Origin: a virus
Lineage: Duplodnaviria; Caudoviricetes
Direction: 5' to 3' (one strand)
DNA: 34,321 nucleotides
Virus record (IMG/VR): IMGVR_UViG_3300020573_000024
Location: 1-34,321 of that record
The position numbers and the translations under genes are program-made. Positions 33,021-34,321 of the stretch are shown in pieces. Numbering within the stretch: position 1 is the stretch's first letter; every line of letters begins with the position of its first letter. The notes beneath the pieces are model-generated. The model did not search any database and was not told where the DNA came from. It saw only the letters and a list, made by a program, of their open reading frames with translations.

Positions 33021-34321
33021 AAACAATCCCTTATATTCTTGATCATTGCATCTTCGGCGTCGATTTCGGCCAGCAAGTCGGCAGGTGCAACTTCGTCGCC
33101 TTCGTCGTCCATCCGAAACGCGAATTGGTCAACCGCATCGAACAACGGCGAACCGATGGTCGACTCCTGATCGACCTTGGCTTGCATCGGGCTTGCGGCT
33201 TGGAGGCTGGCCAACTGCGCTTGCCGTTCGGCAATGGCGGGATCGACGAGCGCGCGCAGGTCGTGTTTTAGGCTTTCAAGAACACCTATTGAGGCGGGTC
33301 CGTCTGGATCGTCGAACGCGCGTAATGCGCCTTGGTCTAAATAAGGTGGCTCTAGTTCGTCTTGGCTGTCGACGCGGCTTTGCCCGAAAGCATCCGGTGC
33401 ATCTTGGCTGCCCGCGCTTGCGTTTCCGGCGTCAGCTTGGCGTCCGTCGATAGCTGCATCATCAATGCCTGCATCTTCGGCCCAGGCTTTGGCAAATCGG
33501 TCTTCGATGCTGGCATAATAATCTTCCTTAACTTCGTAAAACGCCGCTGCCTGTATGTCTTGCAGCTCACGGTTTACCATCAAAAGCACCGCGTCGTCCA
33601 TAGTTTCGACATCTTCGGTTAAAAGGATTCGTGCCGCAATTGCAAAATCGGCGTCATCCATGCTGTAACCATTGGCTTGCGCCACATCGTCAAACATGTT
33701 GCGGATATAATATTCTTCTTCCTCGCTACGGAAAATCGACTTTGCGGGCGTGGCCACATTGGCTTCGCGTGATTGACCGAACGGATATATTTTCTTGCCC
33801 TGCGTTGCAGCCAGATCAATGGCCTCCAACACCTGCGCTTCTGTTGGACGCGGCCCTTGCGGGTCGCCAAAATATCCGGCTTCATGCAACAATTCGCCGA
33901 TTTCATCGATACCGCGCCCCGCCTTGCGGACAAGCGGCCCGCTGCCGGGAATAAGCTGCCGGTTATAATCGCGCCCGCCTTTGCCAAGCCGATGGCCTTT
34001 GGTGCCCAGCTTGCGTCCGCCTGCGCTCAATCCATCTTCCGAAAGACCGCCCGCGCGCCCGATGAATTTCAATATGTCGACTGGCCCATTTTCAACTGGC
34101 AAACGCATGAACTGCTGTTTCTTGTTCATGCGGATTTCTTTGCCCGCCGCCAATTGCATCAACCCCCGGCGCAGCTTTGCCGCGTTAATGCCCAATGCCT
34201 GCGCCAGCTTTTCCGGTTCATTCAACGACTGCGCACGGTCGCGGACGACAGCGCGCAGTTGTGGCAAGATATCGGCAACGCTTTCATCGACGGGTGTTGC
34301 CACACGCGGCGCAACGGCGGG
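33017..34321 (-). CDS. Internal virion protein, 5'-truncated by window edge
   Basis: The frame is open to base 34321; motif FIGRAGGL..GIDEIGELLHEAGYFG and an acidic C-terminus. Confidence 0.65.
   Translation of the reverse strand, partial: PAVAPRVATPVDESVADILPQLRAVVRDRAQSLNEPEKLAQALGINAAKLRRGLMQLAAGKEIRMNKKQQFMRLPVENGPVDILKFIGRAGGLSEDGLSAGGRKLGTKGHRLGKGGRDYNRQLIPGSGPLVRKAGRGIDEIGELLHEAGYFGDPQGPRPTEAQVLEAIDLAATQGKKIYPFGQSREANVATPAKSIFRSEEEEYYIRNMFDDVAQANGYSMDDADFAIAARILLTEDVETMDDAVLLMVNRELQDIQAAAFYEVKEDYYASIEDRFAKAWAEDAGIDDAAIDGRQADAGNASAGSQDAPDAFGQSRVDSQDELEPPYLDQGALRAFDDPDGPASIGVLESLKHDLRALVDPAIAERQAQLASLQAASPMQAKVDQESTIGSPLFDAVDQFAFRMDDEGDEVAPADLLAEIDAEDAMIKNIRDCL

Overview
The window is most of the genome of a temperate, short-tailed (BPP-1/epsilon15-like podovirus architecture) phage of an Alphaproteobacterium. 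The host is probably a sphingomonad, inferred from the GapR gene, a ComM-derived gene and a tRNA-Gln-like att core. It is in the excised or circularly permuted state: an intact attP-like site at ~24.2-24.45 kb has phage genes on both sides. Minus strand 7.7 kb->1: terS, terL, portal, Bbp19-like protein, scaffold, major capsid and a partial decoration gene. 7.75-8.95 kb: non-coding late leader and an iteron-type origin. 9.0-10.66 kb: a plus-strand five-gene island containing a catalytically gutted ComM/YifB homologue. Minus strand 19.3->10.66 kb: Cro-like gene, tRNA-Met(CAU), CHC2/Toprim primase, P-loop helicase, DUF5131, an adenine methyltransferase and a repeat-punctuated cassette region. Plus strand 19.4-24.2 kb: CI-like repressor, AlpA-like protein, GapR, HTH and tyrosine integrase. 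Minus strand 34.3->24.6 kb: internal virion proteins, tail spike/depolymerase, TIGR02594-type endolysin, holin and spanins. The main candidates for novelty are (1) the ATPase-less mini-ComM with a beta-clamp-type motif, (2) a second copy of the attP arm-like repeats 16 kb away in the late leader, (3) an attP carrying the 5' end of a tRNA plus a replacement promoter, and (4) several structured RNA elements. All family calls are from motif recognition by eye; no database searches were run.
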